A stretch of DNA of 64,000 nt from Dendrobates tinctorius (lineage: Eukaryota). This document shows, piece by piece, positions 33,405-46,503 of this stretch (its first letter is position 1; each line of letters starts with the position of its first letter). Under the pieces are notes generated by a model. That model was given only the letters and a program-made list of their open reading frames with translations, was not told the DNA's origin and searched no databases. The translations under genes and the position numbers were made by a program. The stretch lies in contig NW_027361796.1 of assembly GCF_039654945.1 (NCBI RefSeq), forward strand, positions 15,748,001-15,812,000, in the 5' to 3' direction.

Positions 33405-36400
33405 TTAAGGAAAACATATAGATTTATGGCATTGAAATATGAGGGGGATTACCCACGCTGATAGATGAAATTTTAAACATTTCAATCCATGACAATAATA
33501 TACTCTTAACAGATAGCTTTCAACTACATGGAGGACTTAGAAAGGGGTGGTCTAACTTAATTTAGTTTTTTCAGAAGGCCCCCATACACATTAGATGAAA
33601 ATCGTCTGAACCTGCTGATTTCATCCGGGTCATCCGACTTAGTTCATGGACATCTATGGTTTGATTTATTTGCTTGTGTGGATTGGTTGAGTTGTCACTA
33701 GTAATGAGTGAACGTGTTCAAATAATGTATCGGAGTATATCAACATGTGTTGTCGGTGTCTAAAAGCTGCGAAACATGCAGTCACAGGGACTCAAAAGTA
33801 TTATTCAAGCACGCCCATGATATTGGGATAACACCCGAGCATGCTCCGATAGCACGTTATCCTAGCACGTTCGCTAGCTGTTACTGACATTTGGTGAGAA
33901 TTTCATGTCAATAGTAACTTGAGGAATATATCTATTGGTGTTGTGTTCAATACTTTTTCCACCCACTGTATATACAGTATAGTTTTGTACATGTGCTTTA
34001 TACATGTATGTAGCACTTCTAGTGACATCTAATAGTCTAGTATAAGTGGTCTGCGATTACAACAGAAAGACCTCTGACCTGGCGATCCCATAAAATTGTA
34101 CTTTGACTTTTTTCACTCAAAATGAGCACACTGAACGCTGATATATCAGGTCATCAGTTAGTTATCCAGCCATTATCACGTTTCGTCATGTATTTTATCC
34201 CATACATAAAGCATGTTAGTACAGTACATCACCTAAGGGAACTTACAAAAGAATGTTCTGCATTTTGGAGAAGGGTTATGAACATGTGTTATAGTCAGGC
34301 TATGTTACATCTAACTGACAGTGAGATCGGCAATGGATTTATAAGGTGAAGATTAGCATTGATACCTGATTAACATTGATGTCTTACTTTTGTATCTGTC
34401 CTGCAGTGTTTTTGTGTGTCGCCGCTAATTAAGAGGGTGGAAACAGTTCCTTCAATATGAAGCTTTTCTATGGATTGGTGCACAATGCATTTTTATCTCA
34501 TAATCTACAGTATGGTGAGATGGTGAATTCAATCTTACCTCATTGCTTCTCCTTTTCGTTGTTAGTGTGACCATGCACATTAGTAAGCTGCCAACCAAAA
34601 GAAGCAATCTCAGCCTACACCCCATTTATGAGAACGCTGCCGACTGACACAATGGGCACTGTTTTCTCAGGGAGAACAATGCGATCATCAGTCCGAAATC
34701 GGAAATGCACGATTGACATTTTATCATTGACCATCAGTTGTCCAGTGCCCCATACGCATTAGAAAAGTCCTGACACTCACAGAAGATTACACTGATCCAT
34801 CTGAACGTTTCAGCCCATCCCGAGCTTTTCACAGCAGTGCAAAATTATACCTGCCTTACTGGAAGCACGTCTACAAGGAGAAAATGAACTTATAATAAGC
34901 CCCTTATAGTCCCTGTAGCCCCTCGTATTCAGTAGTAGGATTGCACATGGAGTGATTGCCATCATCACTCCCAAATGTGTTGTAGTCACTCCCTGGCACT
35001 GTGATTGACAGCCTGCTCTGCAAACACATACTGCTGAACAAGCTGTCATTCAGAGCAACGCTCACTAAAACCAGCCCTGACCTACAGAGATCTCCTTGTC
35101 TGAAGGTGCAGTGACCAGAGAGGCCTAGCACCTGAGGTAGAGAGGCTTTGGTATGGTTGTAAGGTGCCAATTGTGGCAGAAATCTAATTGTGACACATTG
35201 TACCTCCTCGGTATTGATCTGTTATTTGCTGTAATTAGCAGCTCAGTACATTGTCATGCTTTCCGTCAGATCTGTGTGTTCATTAGAAGGGTCGATGAAA
35301 CATAAAGAATACATGACCAAGTACAAAAGCGTCTCCAATGTCAAATGACTTCTTCGGAGTATTGATGTAAAATGGCAAAAATCTTTTTTTAGGCTAGTTC
35401 AGTTTGCCAATAGTGAGCCAAAAATAGTATGCTCTCTTATTTCCCTGTCTTGATATGACATATTACTGGATGAGCTCGGCCAATGGACCGTAATGAAAAC
35501 CTGATAGTAGGAGCAATGACGCACAATGCTGCTCGCTCAGTGCTTTTGTCTTATAACGACATTTCACCACTTATCTCACACTCAGATTTTTATTGATGAG
35601 CCATGCGCCCTTCCAGACCTAAAACTATGGATGTGGATAGGACTACCTGACCTAGTAGGAAGCAGAAGTGGATCAGGGCAATTACTATTTGTTTCATCAG
35701 TAGACTAAATAGAATATAGACTTTTCATGCTTCACAACAATGGTACGGAGGTATATGAGGGACGGGTAAATGGTTGGAAGCAGCCAGTGCTTGCTCACGT
35801 CTCTATTCTTCACTGTTTTCTGCATGCCACTTGTCTAAAGCTCTGGGCACGTCTGATCTAGGTCCTTTTAATCGTTCTTGCCAGCAGATGGTAGACATGA
35901 AATCTACTTATTCCTTACAGGCTGCATAATGATCTTTACGAAAACTCACTAATTAAAGTAAATTTGATTACAGTCTAATTTGATCCGCTGATGTGATTCA
36001 TATTGGATCTGTAGTATTAAAATTAGGTATTTGAATGAGAAGACAATGGGTAAAGGCTTATGACCCGCTCTGACCCTTACTGCTGGGTGATGGTGGAGGA
36101 GACATCTGCATTGTATGTGCATTTACACCTTGAGCATGATAAAGCCACAACAGTCTGGCATGGTTTATTCTTTCTTGTTGGCACATATTTTGGACACTGG
36201 TTTTAATATACCGGTAAGCATTTTAACAGGACTGTACACCAGTTTGCTGGTTTGGGTTAAAATGGTCGAACTTTACAAGTTTTACCGTGCATATACCGTT
36301 CCAGGCCATATATGTGACATTTTAGAAATGTGAAAAATGCATCGCACACTTACAGTGGGGTGGAAAGCATTACAGCTCATCACAATGATCTACAAAAGAA

Positions 36401-36566
36401 GTTTCACTAGAGAGCTGATGGTACATATCTCAACCTTACAGAATATGCCTGCCTAGAAAACCAAGATAGAATGGAAGCCACACTGTACTAAATATAATGA
36501 AAGGAAGGATAATATATCAAATTATATTAGACTCACGAATCATAGGTATTGGGAGCTCGACCGTTA

Positions 36567-36764
36567 GGCCACATTCAGATGCTCAGTACTTGGTCAGTAT
36601 TTTACCTCAGTATCTGTAAGCCAAAATCAGGAGTGGGAGAGTCAGAGGAAAAGTATAATAGAAACCCGTCACCACTTCTGGATTTATCACCCACTCCTGG
36701 ATTTGTCTTACAGATACTGAGGTGATATACGGACAGACCAAATACTAATAGTGTGACCACTGCC
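36567..36764. mobile_element. Short palindromic Harbinger-type MITE
   Basis: TTA flanks; arms ACCTCAGTATCTGTAAG...CAGGAGTGGG and CCCACTCCTG...CTTACAGATACTGAGGT. Confidence 0.65.
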
Positions 36765-37393
36765 TTAGACGGCATTCATACAGTTGCACTGCTTTTAACT
36801 GCAGTAGCCCTTAACACGACAGCACCATGTGAACACAGCCACAGTGATCTCCAGTGCTCAGAAATGAGTTTATTCTGGATTATGAGACAGTAAGGATCCT
36901 GTGTCTACTATTTCCACCAATTAAAAAAATATATATTGCTTTTGTCCGCCACCATCCTTGATGTTAGAGGATGTGTTTTTCTTTTAATAATTACATGGCT
37001 ATAGAATAGATATCCGTGGTCATGTTTATCTGTCCTGTTGATCATTGGATACAATTGTGAGGACATGATAATGCGTGTCCCCATTAGCTCCTGCTCTTAC
37101 CAATGTGTTTTCATTATTTCTGAGGGACTGGATACCAGTGAAGGGCCAGTATCCTGAGAGCAGCTTCACAATATGTCAGTTGTTCACCTTTGGAAAGCAC
37201 TTGAAGTGACAGATATCATCATTCCCCATGGAATAGCTTCCCAGTTTCTGGTGGTTAGCACGCTGTTTTGGAGGATAATGTCTACATTGGCCGCTATCAC
37301 TGTCACATACCTGTCCTGGACACTGATTAGACTTGTGGAGCTTTGCTCACCTCAGAAAGCTTATGATCATTTCCCTTTCTGACTCTTTTCCAG

Positions 37394-37478
37394 TTAATGA
37401 GCAACCTAAGGTCTCTCGTGCTGCGACAACTTCTGCCCGAGCTGCAGAGGTGAGGCAGTGTGGACTCTCGCGGAGAAG
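37394..37478 (+). other. ABCA1: ABCA1 exon 2, 5'UTR portion
   Basis: Polypyrimidine tract and acceptor cttttccag|TTAATGA at 37393/37394. Confidence 0.8.
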
Positions 37479-37544
37479 ATGACTTACTGTACCCAACTAG
37501 GACTGCTCCTCTGGAAGAACTTCACCTACCGGCGGAGGCAAACT
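37479..37544 (+). CDS. ABCA1: ABCA1 exon 2, first coding exon (MTYCTQLGLLLWKNFTYRRRQT)
   Basis: ABCA-family N-terminal QLxLLLWKN...RRRQ motif; 66 coding nt ending at ACT|GTAAGT. Confidence 0.93.
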
Positions 37545-37800
37545 GTAAGTTTATGCCTTGTGCTATCTACTTAAAGCTAATTAGTTTAGTTTTTTTGTAT
37601 GCTTTCCCTTACACACTGAACAGGATTCTCCCATAACAGATTAAAATGATCTCAAACATGCAGTTATTAGGCGTTATCCCCTTTAATTGACGTGAGAATG
37701 GAATTGAGAGATTTCTGTCCGTCATTCCAGACTCTTTCCCTATACACGTGTGTCCGACTCTGTGGATTTTTACGTCTGCAGGTGCTTGTGTTACCAGTTA

Positions 37801-38304
37801 GGCCTCTTTCACACTTCCGATTTTTACAATCAGTCACAATCCGCCAGGTTTTGAAAAAAACGGATCCTCAATTTTCTTTTGAGGATCCGTTTTTTTTCTC
37901 CATTGACTTTCATTAATGGCGGATTGTGACGGATTGCTGTCCGTTGCATCCGTTTTTTTTGAGGATCCGCCAAAAGTTGCTGTCCGTCACCATCCTCAAA
38001 GATTTCAAAACGGAGCTTGTAAGGTTTTTTTCTGTGGCGGATCCTCCAGACACTGATTTAACCCGAAATTCTTTCTGGGTGCCGGACAAAAAAAAAAAAA
38101 TCTCTCTCTCTCTCTCTCTTTCTTTCTCTCTCTCTCTCTCTCTCTCTCCTTCCTAGCCAGCGATTCCTTTAAATTTCGTCATTTTCAGGATCCGTCTCAA
38201 AACGGATCCTGTGCCATCCGTTCACATCAGTTGACAACGGATCCGCTTGTCCGCCTTTTTGGCGGATTATAACTGATGCAAAAAACTGAAGTGTGAAAGA
38301 GGCC
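37801..38304. mobile_element. Harbinger-type MITE (GGATCC-rich family, copy 2)
   Basis: TTA|GGCCTCTTTCACACTTC...GAAGTGTGAAAGAGGCC|TTA; paralog of 25568-26063. Confidence 0.9.
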
Positions 38305-39777
38305 TTATACCTTCAACTGGTAAATCTCCATATTGTTGAGTTCTTTACACATATGTCTGGAATAGTACTGCTGCATACTGTCCCTAAAGACGTAGTCTTC
38401 CTCAATTCGCACCAGTTGTATAACGCCAAGCCCCAGAATACTATTTTGTATCTAGCAAAGTCAATTTGTGCGTTTCTAAAATAGCAGTTTATCCAAATTG
38501 TAATTCCATATCAGCCTAAGGATCACTGACTACTTGGACATGGCCTCCTTGTATAAAACTATCATGGCCGAACTTTCACTGTATAGACGTACTCCTCGTC
38601 ACGATTGCCTTATAGCCATATTGTAGTGTACAAAACATCTCAAGAACATATTCTGAGAAACAGCCGCAAAAAAATGGATTTTGTGAGATTAAGACATGTC
38701 TGATCTGATCAATGTGCCATCTGCCTCCCAAGATCAGATGAAGTAGGACTAAATGCTACTTTGTGGAGTATAGCATGGCTCAGTTAGCTGCCGTAAGCCA
38801 CCGATCTCCGTGTATTTAGTATCAGTGTAATAGGTGGTGAGGGTTACATCAGCAGGCAAAGTCTCTCCCCTTGTCTGATGATCATTGCTGACTAAATGAC
38901 ATGGATACAGGGGGTCAGAGATCACCACTAGAAAGCATGAGTGGCACTAGTAAGCAATTTTATATTTCACATTTCAGTCTGCAAGGGCCTCCTGCCGTAT
39001 TATTTCTTTTTCATTTTTAGCACACATTGATTAGGTCAGGTCTTTATGGCTTCTTTGCTGTTAAGGACACGCAGCCAGATAGTCAGTACAGGAAAACATG
39101 GTTAGGGTCCTGTTTACACAGCTTAAGCCATAAGAATGTCTTTTTGGCAATTCAGGCAAGTGTGACTGCGCATACCCTTTAAGGGGAAAGTAAAACGTAT
39201 TTTTTTTGCCTTGTGAGCCTATTATTAACCTATTGTAGCCTCCTGTTGGAATTATATATCAAGGTTCTCCTGCATAACTCCAAACCAAAAGTTTTAGGAT
39301 GTTGCAAACCTGGAAATACCTTTACACACTAACTTTTTTTGTGCATGCAAGTGATCTAGATCGCTCATCGGTGGCCAATAAGACTAACATAAATCTATAC
39401 ACTACATACATATCATCTGCCATTTTTACAACATTGTGAATCACTACAGAGCAAGGCAAATGAACACAGAAAGAGTTAACCAGTTCAGAGAAGCATTTTG
39501 GCATCTTTGGAAATGATCCTGGCGACTGTGTTACAGTATGTCTGATATGAATCAATAGATTATTACTTCTTGATTAGTGTTTCAAGTTCATGTTACACCA
39601 GATAACACATGAATTGATCCAACAAGATTGTCGTTTGTGACAAAATAACCTTTGTAATTTGGACACTGGTTAATATTCACAACAGCTCACACATACAGTC
39701 TATCTATTATGGAGAGTCTGTCTTCCAAACTGGTTGCATTATATGTATTATCTCAATATTATATGGGGCAAGTTTAA

Positions 39778-40191
39778 AGGGAATCCGTCAGCAGGCCTTT
39801 GCTATGTAGTCTGACAGCACCATGAGAAAAGGACAGAGACCCCAATTCCAGTGATGTATCACTTAGTTAGCTGGGTGCAGCAATTATGATAGAGCCACCA
39901 TTTTGTCTGCTGTAGAGTGAGCAGAGCTCAAATGTTGAGCTGTGTATAACCCTACCTACACCACAGCTTTCTGTGTACAATGCATAGTGACAGAGAGCTG
40001 CTAATCGGTGCTGGGGGTGTGGTTGGACTACGCTGTTCGTGCTGCGTTGTCCTGTAATGATAATCTTTTCTAAGAAAATACTGGTTGTATTGGAACAGCA
40101 AAACAGCCCAATAAGTGACCCATCACTGTAATCAGAGTCTCTGCTCCTACATCATGGTGCTGTCAAATTGCATAGTCAAAGCCTGCTCCCT
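39778..40191. mobile_element. Decayed T2/Kolobok-type MITE
   Basis: TTAA|AGGGAATCCGTCAGCAGG start; degenerate right end CCTGCT..CCCT. Confidence 0.55.
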
Positions 40192-40926
40192 TTATGCTTG
40201 GCCAATAGAAATATGCAGTTAATAAACAAGTAGGCTGAATGACTCCTGCCTATGTCTAGCCCCACAAATCTTGTAAGCCTTCCTCATGTCATAGGACTTA
40301 AGGTTCATTTATACTGCACAATTATCTGGAGCCAGGTTTCTAAAAAGCGTCTGAAGGGTTAACAAGCGGCATGACAGCAGTTTTGAAAAAATGGAGGGGT
40401 GATGTTTCTTTTAATCGGTCTCCCTTTTGTTGGTTTTCCAATATATATGTTCTCCAAAGTCAGTTCAAAACAGAATAGGTCCCTATAAAATAAGTTTTAT
40501 AAATTTCCTTGAAAAATCGCTGCTAAACTTTTAAACCTCCTAACAGCGTAAGAAAACAAAAGGTCTTTTCACAAATGGTGCTGTTGTAAAGTAGACGTAT
40601 GGTAAATTTTATTTATTAATTATATGGTGTGGTATGACTATGTGGGTGAACGGTATAAACATTCAAAATTCCTTTTTTTTCAGTTGCTGTTAAATTCCTG
40701 TTATTTTTATAAAGAAATACAAAGCAACTGGACCAAAATTTACCACTATCATAAAGTATCATGTGTAACGTAAAAAGCTTCGAAGTGACAGGTTACAGAT
40801 TTGAAAAATTTGGCCTAGTCATTAAGGGACTACCTTTGTAAAATCAGTAAATGTAAATGCATCCTTAGCTGGTGAAGCATATAAATGATTTTGAGGAGAA
40901 AAAGTAGCCTAGTAGTGGCCGGGGTG

Positions 40927-41166
40927 CAGTGTCGGACTGGGTTGCCAGTAACACCAACTCCAGGGTCCCACTTTTCAGCTACTTGAAAATATGACTTTAT
41001 CCTCATTCACAAATTTCTACAGCAATAACCTGGGTTGATTGTCAAATAAATAAGATGCTGCCATTGTTTGCACATAATGATTCAAGTGTATTGTGCCAAA
41101 TACTGCTCATATAAGAGGGGCCCACCAGAGGATTCTCCTGTTCTCCAGTGGGCCAGTCCAAGCCTG
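40927..41166. mobile_element. hAT-type MITE
   Basis: CAGTGTCGGACTGG...CCAGTCCAAGCCTG; TSD CCGGGGTG/CCTGGGTG (7/8 match). Confidence 0.7.
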
Positions 41167-41817
41167 CCTGGGTGAATATTCCTGAATATTTATCCTATGT
41201 CTTTTATATTGTGTAAAGAAGAAAGAAAATGATTGAATTCTTGGCAAGATTATAGCACTTAGAATTGTAAAATGAGTTTAGAACAGCAAAATTGGAAATT
41301 GAGGAAGCGTAAAGAAAAATCTGTGACTGTGTACATGTCAGAAAAAATGCCTGCAGCTTTCTATGTAAGAAGCAAATCTGTGGTTACTCGGTTTATTAAC
41401 ATGTATTTAAGAGCCCACCTACCCTCTGGTTGCACCCCCGGACAATCAGCCCTTTCTCCAGAGCTATCTTGTGGATGACATATTTTATGGGCCCAACTGT
41501 GTTTCCAGGAGACTTTAGTAAGGCAAATGCAAAGTACAAGAAGAGGCCTGAAATGAAGTTGGCCGGAGCCCGGCATATGCAGAGTGCTTTTATTTTTCCT
41601 GAAAAGGTCCCCTAGAGAGATCAGACTAGCTCAGTTAACCTTCACATAGTTGACGAGATGCAGTTCTTGGAATTGAATTAAAGCGGGGCCCCTGTGCTGA
41701 ATGATTTATGCCGTTCTTACACAATGTTGTTTAACATGTTCATATCCAACACACATTATAGTCATAATTACCTCTAGCTAAAAGCGAAGTAAATATGTAT
41801 CTGATTTTTTTTTTCAG

Positions 41818-41911
41818 TTGCAGCTGCTGGTTGAAATAGCGTGGCCTCTCTTCATCTTCTTCATTCTGATCTCTGTACGACTTTCTTATCCGCCTTATGA
41901 ACAACATGAAT
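41818..41911 (+). CDS. ABCA1: ABCA1 exon 3 ([32 protein letters not shown]; first transmembrane helix)
   Basis: tttttcag|TTG...GAAT|gtaagt; 94 nt; phase compatible with exons 2 and 4; [15 protein letters not shown] is ABCA1-type. Confidence 0.95.
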
Positions 41912-42110
41912 GTAAGTACAGCTCCGGATTCCTAGAAAAGTCATGGACATGCTTCTTTTTATCTCCTTCAAAGTCTAAGTCTCTGTTTTTATCTGTCTAC
42001 CCATCAGGAGGAAATAATAAAGTGATTCTCTTGTAGTAAAGAAAGCCGTGTAGTAAAAGATTGCAAGCATTTAGTCAGTTAGCGCTATTCCGGCCTCAGT
42101 ATGCTTCTTA

Positions 42111-42493
42111 GGGTACCGTTACACATAGCGATGCACCAGCGATCCCGACCACGATATGGATTGCTGGTGCATCGCTAAGTGGTCGCTAGTGAGCTGCCAC
42201 ACAGGCAGATCTCACCATCGACATAGCAGGGGTCAGGGGTCGCTACTTGCCTGTCAGACGCGGCGATCCTGACGTCCTCCGCCCGCGTACACGCGTCGCT
42301 CGTCGGCGCCACAGGAAGCCCAGCAGGAAGTGCCCGACGAGAAATGATCCAGGACCTTCTCGCGCGATCAGAGATAATCAGCGGGGGAGCCGGTCGGAGG
42401 TAAGTATCAGACATAGCGATATCGCTGCTGCGTCACAAAATCGGTGACTTCACAGCGATATTGCTAGCGTTATTGCAGTGTGTAACGGGGGCT
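42111..42493. mobile_element. Harbinger-type MITE (AGCGA/TCGCT-rich family)
   Basis: TTA|GGGTACCGTTACACA...TGTGTAACGGGGGCT|TTA. Confidence 0.75.
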
Positions 42494-43127
42494 TTACCTA
42501 GTGGTTAAGACACTTTGGTGGCCATCTTCCGTTACTGGGAGTCTAATCCATGCACTTTTGTGACATTTTTCCATATGTGACATTTTACCTTTAATTCCAT
42601 GTAGTCAATTATTTCTCGGTTCTGGCGATTCTTAAAGCCCATTACCAATGATTGCCCATGATTTGCCCAACATCATGGTTCCACCAAGTAAACATGTCTG
42701 CCAGCCGCTGGTTTTTCACTTGTTCATCTTTTATGCAGACATGAAAATCATTGTTGTTGACAAGCTCATACTCGCTTATAAACCGGATTAATGAACTGTA
42801 TAGCGACAAAATATCATAAGATATCATGTGTCCACACATACTGCCGATTATTAATCCTTGTGACCGGAAGGAAAAAAATCTAAAATTGCTATAACCTTGA
42901 TCTGCACTCATTACAGGTTGACTCTCTGCCATTATAAAAATGCCTTTACAGGGAGTCTTCATTTTGAGCTGCATTCGTGCTTAGGTTCTATTCATATTAG
43001 TAAAGACTTTCAACATAGCATACAAGTTATCACTTAGCCATAGCATAGAGTATAACTTACTGATAGTGGGGTATGTCTGCTGGGACACTCACTAGATTCC
43101 GAGAACAGGGTTTTTGCAGAGTCATAT

Positions 43128-43665
43128 TGTCACGACTCAGCTGTTGGGTGACCCAGAACCAGGGGTCCCTTCCCTGTCCCTAACATTAGGGGGCGTAGCT
43201 TGCCCTATTCCCTGGGATACCTCTGAAGGCGAAGATGCCAGGCCCTCCACCCTTGCCTTATCTCCTGAATCAGCCCTCTGTCTGTTCTCTTCCCCCACCC
43301 AGGGAAGAGAGGAGCTGCTGTGCACCGCAGTACACCAAACTGACGGACAAGGCAACACTAACAAGGGTAACTGAAAATACCGGGCATACAAATATTCACT
43401 CACTTATAGCAGAGGAATGCAACGTGGAGTGGAGATTGGGGAAAAATCAAAGTAAGAGGATGAAAGGGAATTATTACAGATAACTCCTCCAAACTCTCAT
43501 ATAAGCACCAAAACACATCTCCTCCAAGCCATGTAGCAGAAGCTAACTCTGACAATATGTTTCAATCAGGACCCAGATTATATAGGGGATAGAAGTGGCT
43601 AACCGTGCTCAGCTGAGAGCTCAGACTACCAGAGCTTCCAGCATGGACGATTAACCCCTGTTCTG
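43128..43665 (-). mobile_element. LTR fragment (probable truncated solo LTR)
   Basis: Starts TGTCACG; LTR-like composition with a TATA-like site near 43580; right boundary and TSD not found. Confidence 0.45.
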
Positions 43666-44026
43666 CCCAAAAAAATTACCATCATTTCAAAAGAAGGTGA
43701 AGTGCTTCTTTACAGTGCAGAAGAAGGAGCAATCAGACGCTGCGGTCTTCTGGCTCCTCTCAGTTGCGGTAACCCAATGACACATATATTCAGTCTCGTG
43801 AATGGAGCAGAGAAGGAGCACATGCACCAGTGCTCCATTCATATTTATAGGACTGCCAGAAATAGCAAAGCACAGCGTTTGACTATCTCTGGCAGTCCAA
43901 TAGACAGTGAATGGGACTGAGATGTACATGCTCATCCTCTATTCTACTCAGACTTCGCTCTGCAGATCCTTGTTGTTTAGATTGCTAGCAGTGCTAGCAA
44001 TCTGACCCTCAGTGATTACTAACTTA

Positions 44027-44403
44027 CAGTTGTGGCAAAAAGTATTGACACCCCTGCAATTCTGTCAGATAATACTCAGTTTCTTCCTGAAAATGATTGC
44101 AATCACAAATTCTTTGGTATTATTATCTTCATTTAATTTGTCTTAAATGAAAAAACACAAAAGAGAATGAAGCAAAAAGCAAAATATTGATCATATCACA
44201 CAAAACTCCAAAAATGGGCCAGACAAAAGTATTGGCACCCTCAGCCTAATACTTGGTTGCACAACCTTTAGCCAAAGTAACTGCGACCAACCGCTTCCGG
44301 TAACCATCAATGAGTTTCTTAAAATGCTCTGCTGGAATTTTAGACCATTCTTCTTTGGCAAACTGCTCCAGGTCCCTGATATTTGAAGGGTGCCTTCTCC
44401 AAA
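44027..44403 (-). mobile_element. Tc1 terminal fragment
   Basis: TA|CAGTTGTGGCAAAAAGTATTGACACCC TIR; the minus strand encodes RRHPSNIRDLEQFAKEEWSKIP...LIDGYRKRLVAV..AKGCATKY*. Confidence 0.8.
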
Positions 44404-46503
44404 GCGTTCGACTCCGCAACTGTGACGCCAGGCAGAGACCCTTACTGAACGCTGTGTCCTGTTAACAGTCACAGAGTGCAGCTGAAATACCACATGAAGT
44501 ACGTACAGCGCAGCTCTGGCGGACGCCACTAACCAGCTTAAGCTTTGGCCTGGAAAGCGCATTAATGGCGCACGGCGTCGCTCTGACTGGTGCTGCTGAA
44601 CGTGCGGTACCGTAGTGCCTGATGTAGCATGGCGCACACTGGCGCCAACATGTGAAAGGAGCTGGGAGCACTGCGGCTCTAGGCAGTGCCACTACTCACC
44701 GCTGACTCGTAATGCTAAACCCTACTAACATACGTATCAAAGGGAAGGGGTTTCATAATGAGTCAGTCAGCGGTTCACAAGCATCCATCATCACACATAC
44801 CACTACAAATTACAGACTATACTAGCGCATGGCCAAGCGGCCATGCGAACCTTTTATAGCAGCATCCTTCCGGGACCTTCCTGATGGTCCAATCCGAGCT
44901 GGAGAAGGACCTGAGCGTGTGACCCCCGACCTCCAATGAGAGTTTGTCCCACGGGCATGCTCAGAAGGCTGCAAAAAGGACTTAGCCTCTGGAGCTGCTC
45001 GCTGCTGGCTAGTGCAGATTGCCAAAGCTGACCCAGAGGTGGCAGCAGTAACCAACCTGACAGCACTAGCCTGAGCAAGATGCTGGGAATGATGTCTTTG
45101 CTGAGCAGGCTCCTCTGAGGCTGGAGAGGATTGGGAGACCACAGAAGGCAAGGCCTGGGACTCTTGCTGTGGAGATGCAGGGACCTGACGCCTAACATCC
45201 CCTTTCCTATGGCTAGGAGTTCATTTATATTTTTAGCACAAAACCTTTAAAGATTAATTTGAGGAAAGTAAGCTTGCAGATTAAGTGAAAATGTACTATA
45301 TAGTTCTTACATCCAAGCATGTTTTCACAGAGAAGTCTACGATTCACTAAATGACATGTTTCCACATGCTTTTATACTGTCTGAAATACAGGCTTTTCTA
45401 GAAAGAGGAACTATTCTAGGAAATCTGTGGCTTTTTGCATATGTGAATACTGTAAAAAATTGCTTTATTTTTCTGGAGCTGATTCCTTGGACTATGAAAG
45501 TTCTTTTATTTTTGCATTTTCTTCATTGTACAGTAGAGATTGCTGTTTCCTGTTGACTTTGGCAGAGAGCAGAGGTTTTAGAACACTAAACCTTGAAAAG
45601 GAATCAAAAAAGCACTGCCTGCTCCCTGTGTAACACAATAACCCAGTAGAAAAGTTTTATCTCATATAACCAGCTGCTGTGTACTATGTTCAAGGTTCAC
45701 TGTTAAAGTCATCTGTATCCCCATCATTTTTGGCACTTTCGCCTTGTAAACATGGACTGTAGTCTTGTAGTCCAGTCTATGACGGTGGAGGCTCTACAGA
45801 AGAAAAGTAGTGTAGATGCTAGAAGACATATACAAAACATCAGAAAATACAGTGATCAAAATATACCCATATTTACTAGCCTTGGTTTCCTAAGATTCAG
45901 AATGGCTCAAAATACGCAAAACAGGTTGATATGTTTTGTGAGAAAAGATTCAGCATATAATGAAATTTATAGATTTGAAGCACTGATTATTCAGGGCTTA
46001 GTGGTAAAGATAAGTGAATCCAATTGATTCGAATAAAATTGGTGTAGAATTTTATGAAATTTACCAGTCCAAGAGAATTTGGACAATTTGTAATTCGAAT
46101 TGCGCAAATTGCCCCTTTCTATTATACATATTGCTGAAAATTGCAAAAGTCACATTTTGCTAGCATTCTTTATTATAATGCCTTGCAGCTGTCAAATCAC
46201 ATGGAATAGCAGTTAATCAGGAATGACTATCATAGCCTATATAAAAGTCAAGGCAAGGAATGCAGCAGCCATTTTAAAGGGGTTTTCCCACGAACAAAAG
46301 TACATTTTAATCAATAGATCTTGAAATAATGAAAAGTTCCACAATTGGATGTTTTAAAATTAAATGTTCCTGTGCTGCAATAATAATATTAAATTTTATT
46401 TCTATAGCGCCGACATATTCCGCAGCACTTTACATTTCAGAGGGGATTTGTACAGACAATAGACATTACAGCATAACAATAATCACATAGATTATAACAA
46501 TTA

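Noticed and set aside
44404-45200. GC-rich segment with several minus-strand ORFs
   Set aside because: No recognisable domain; the right part looks like an LTR fragment (minus-strand TGTTAGG start, ATAAAAG) but boundaries and TSD could not be supported.
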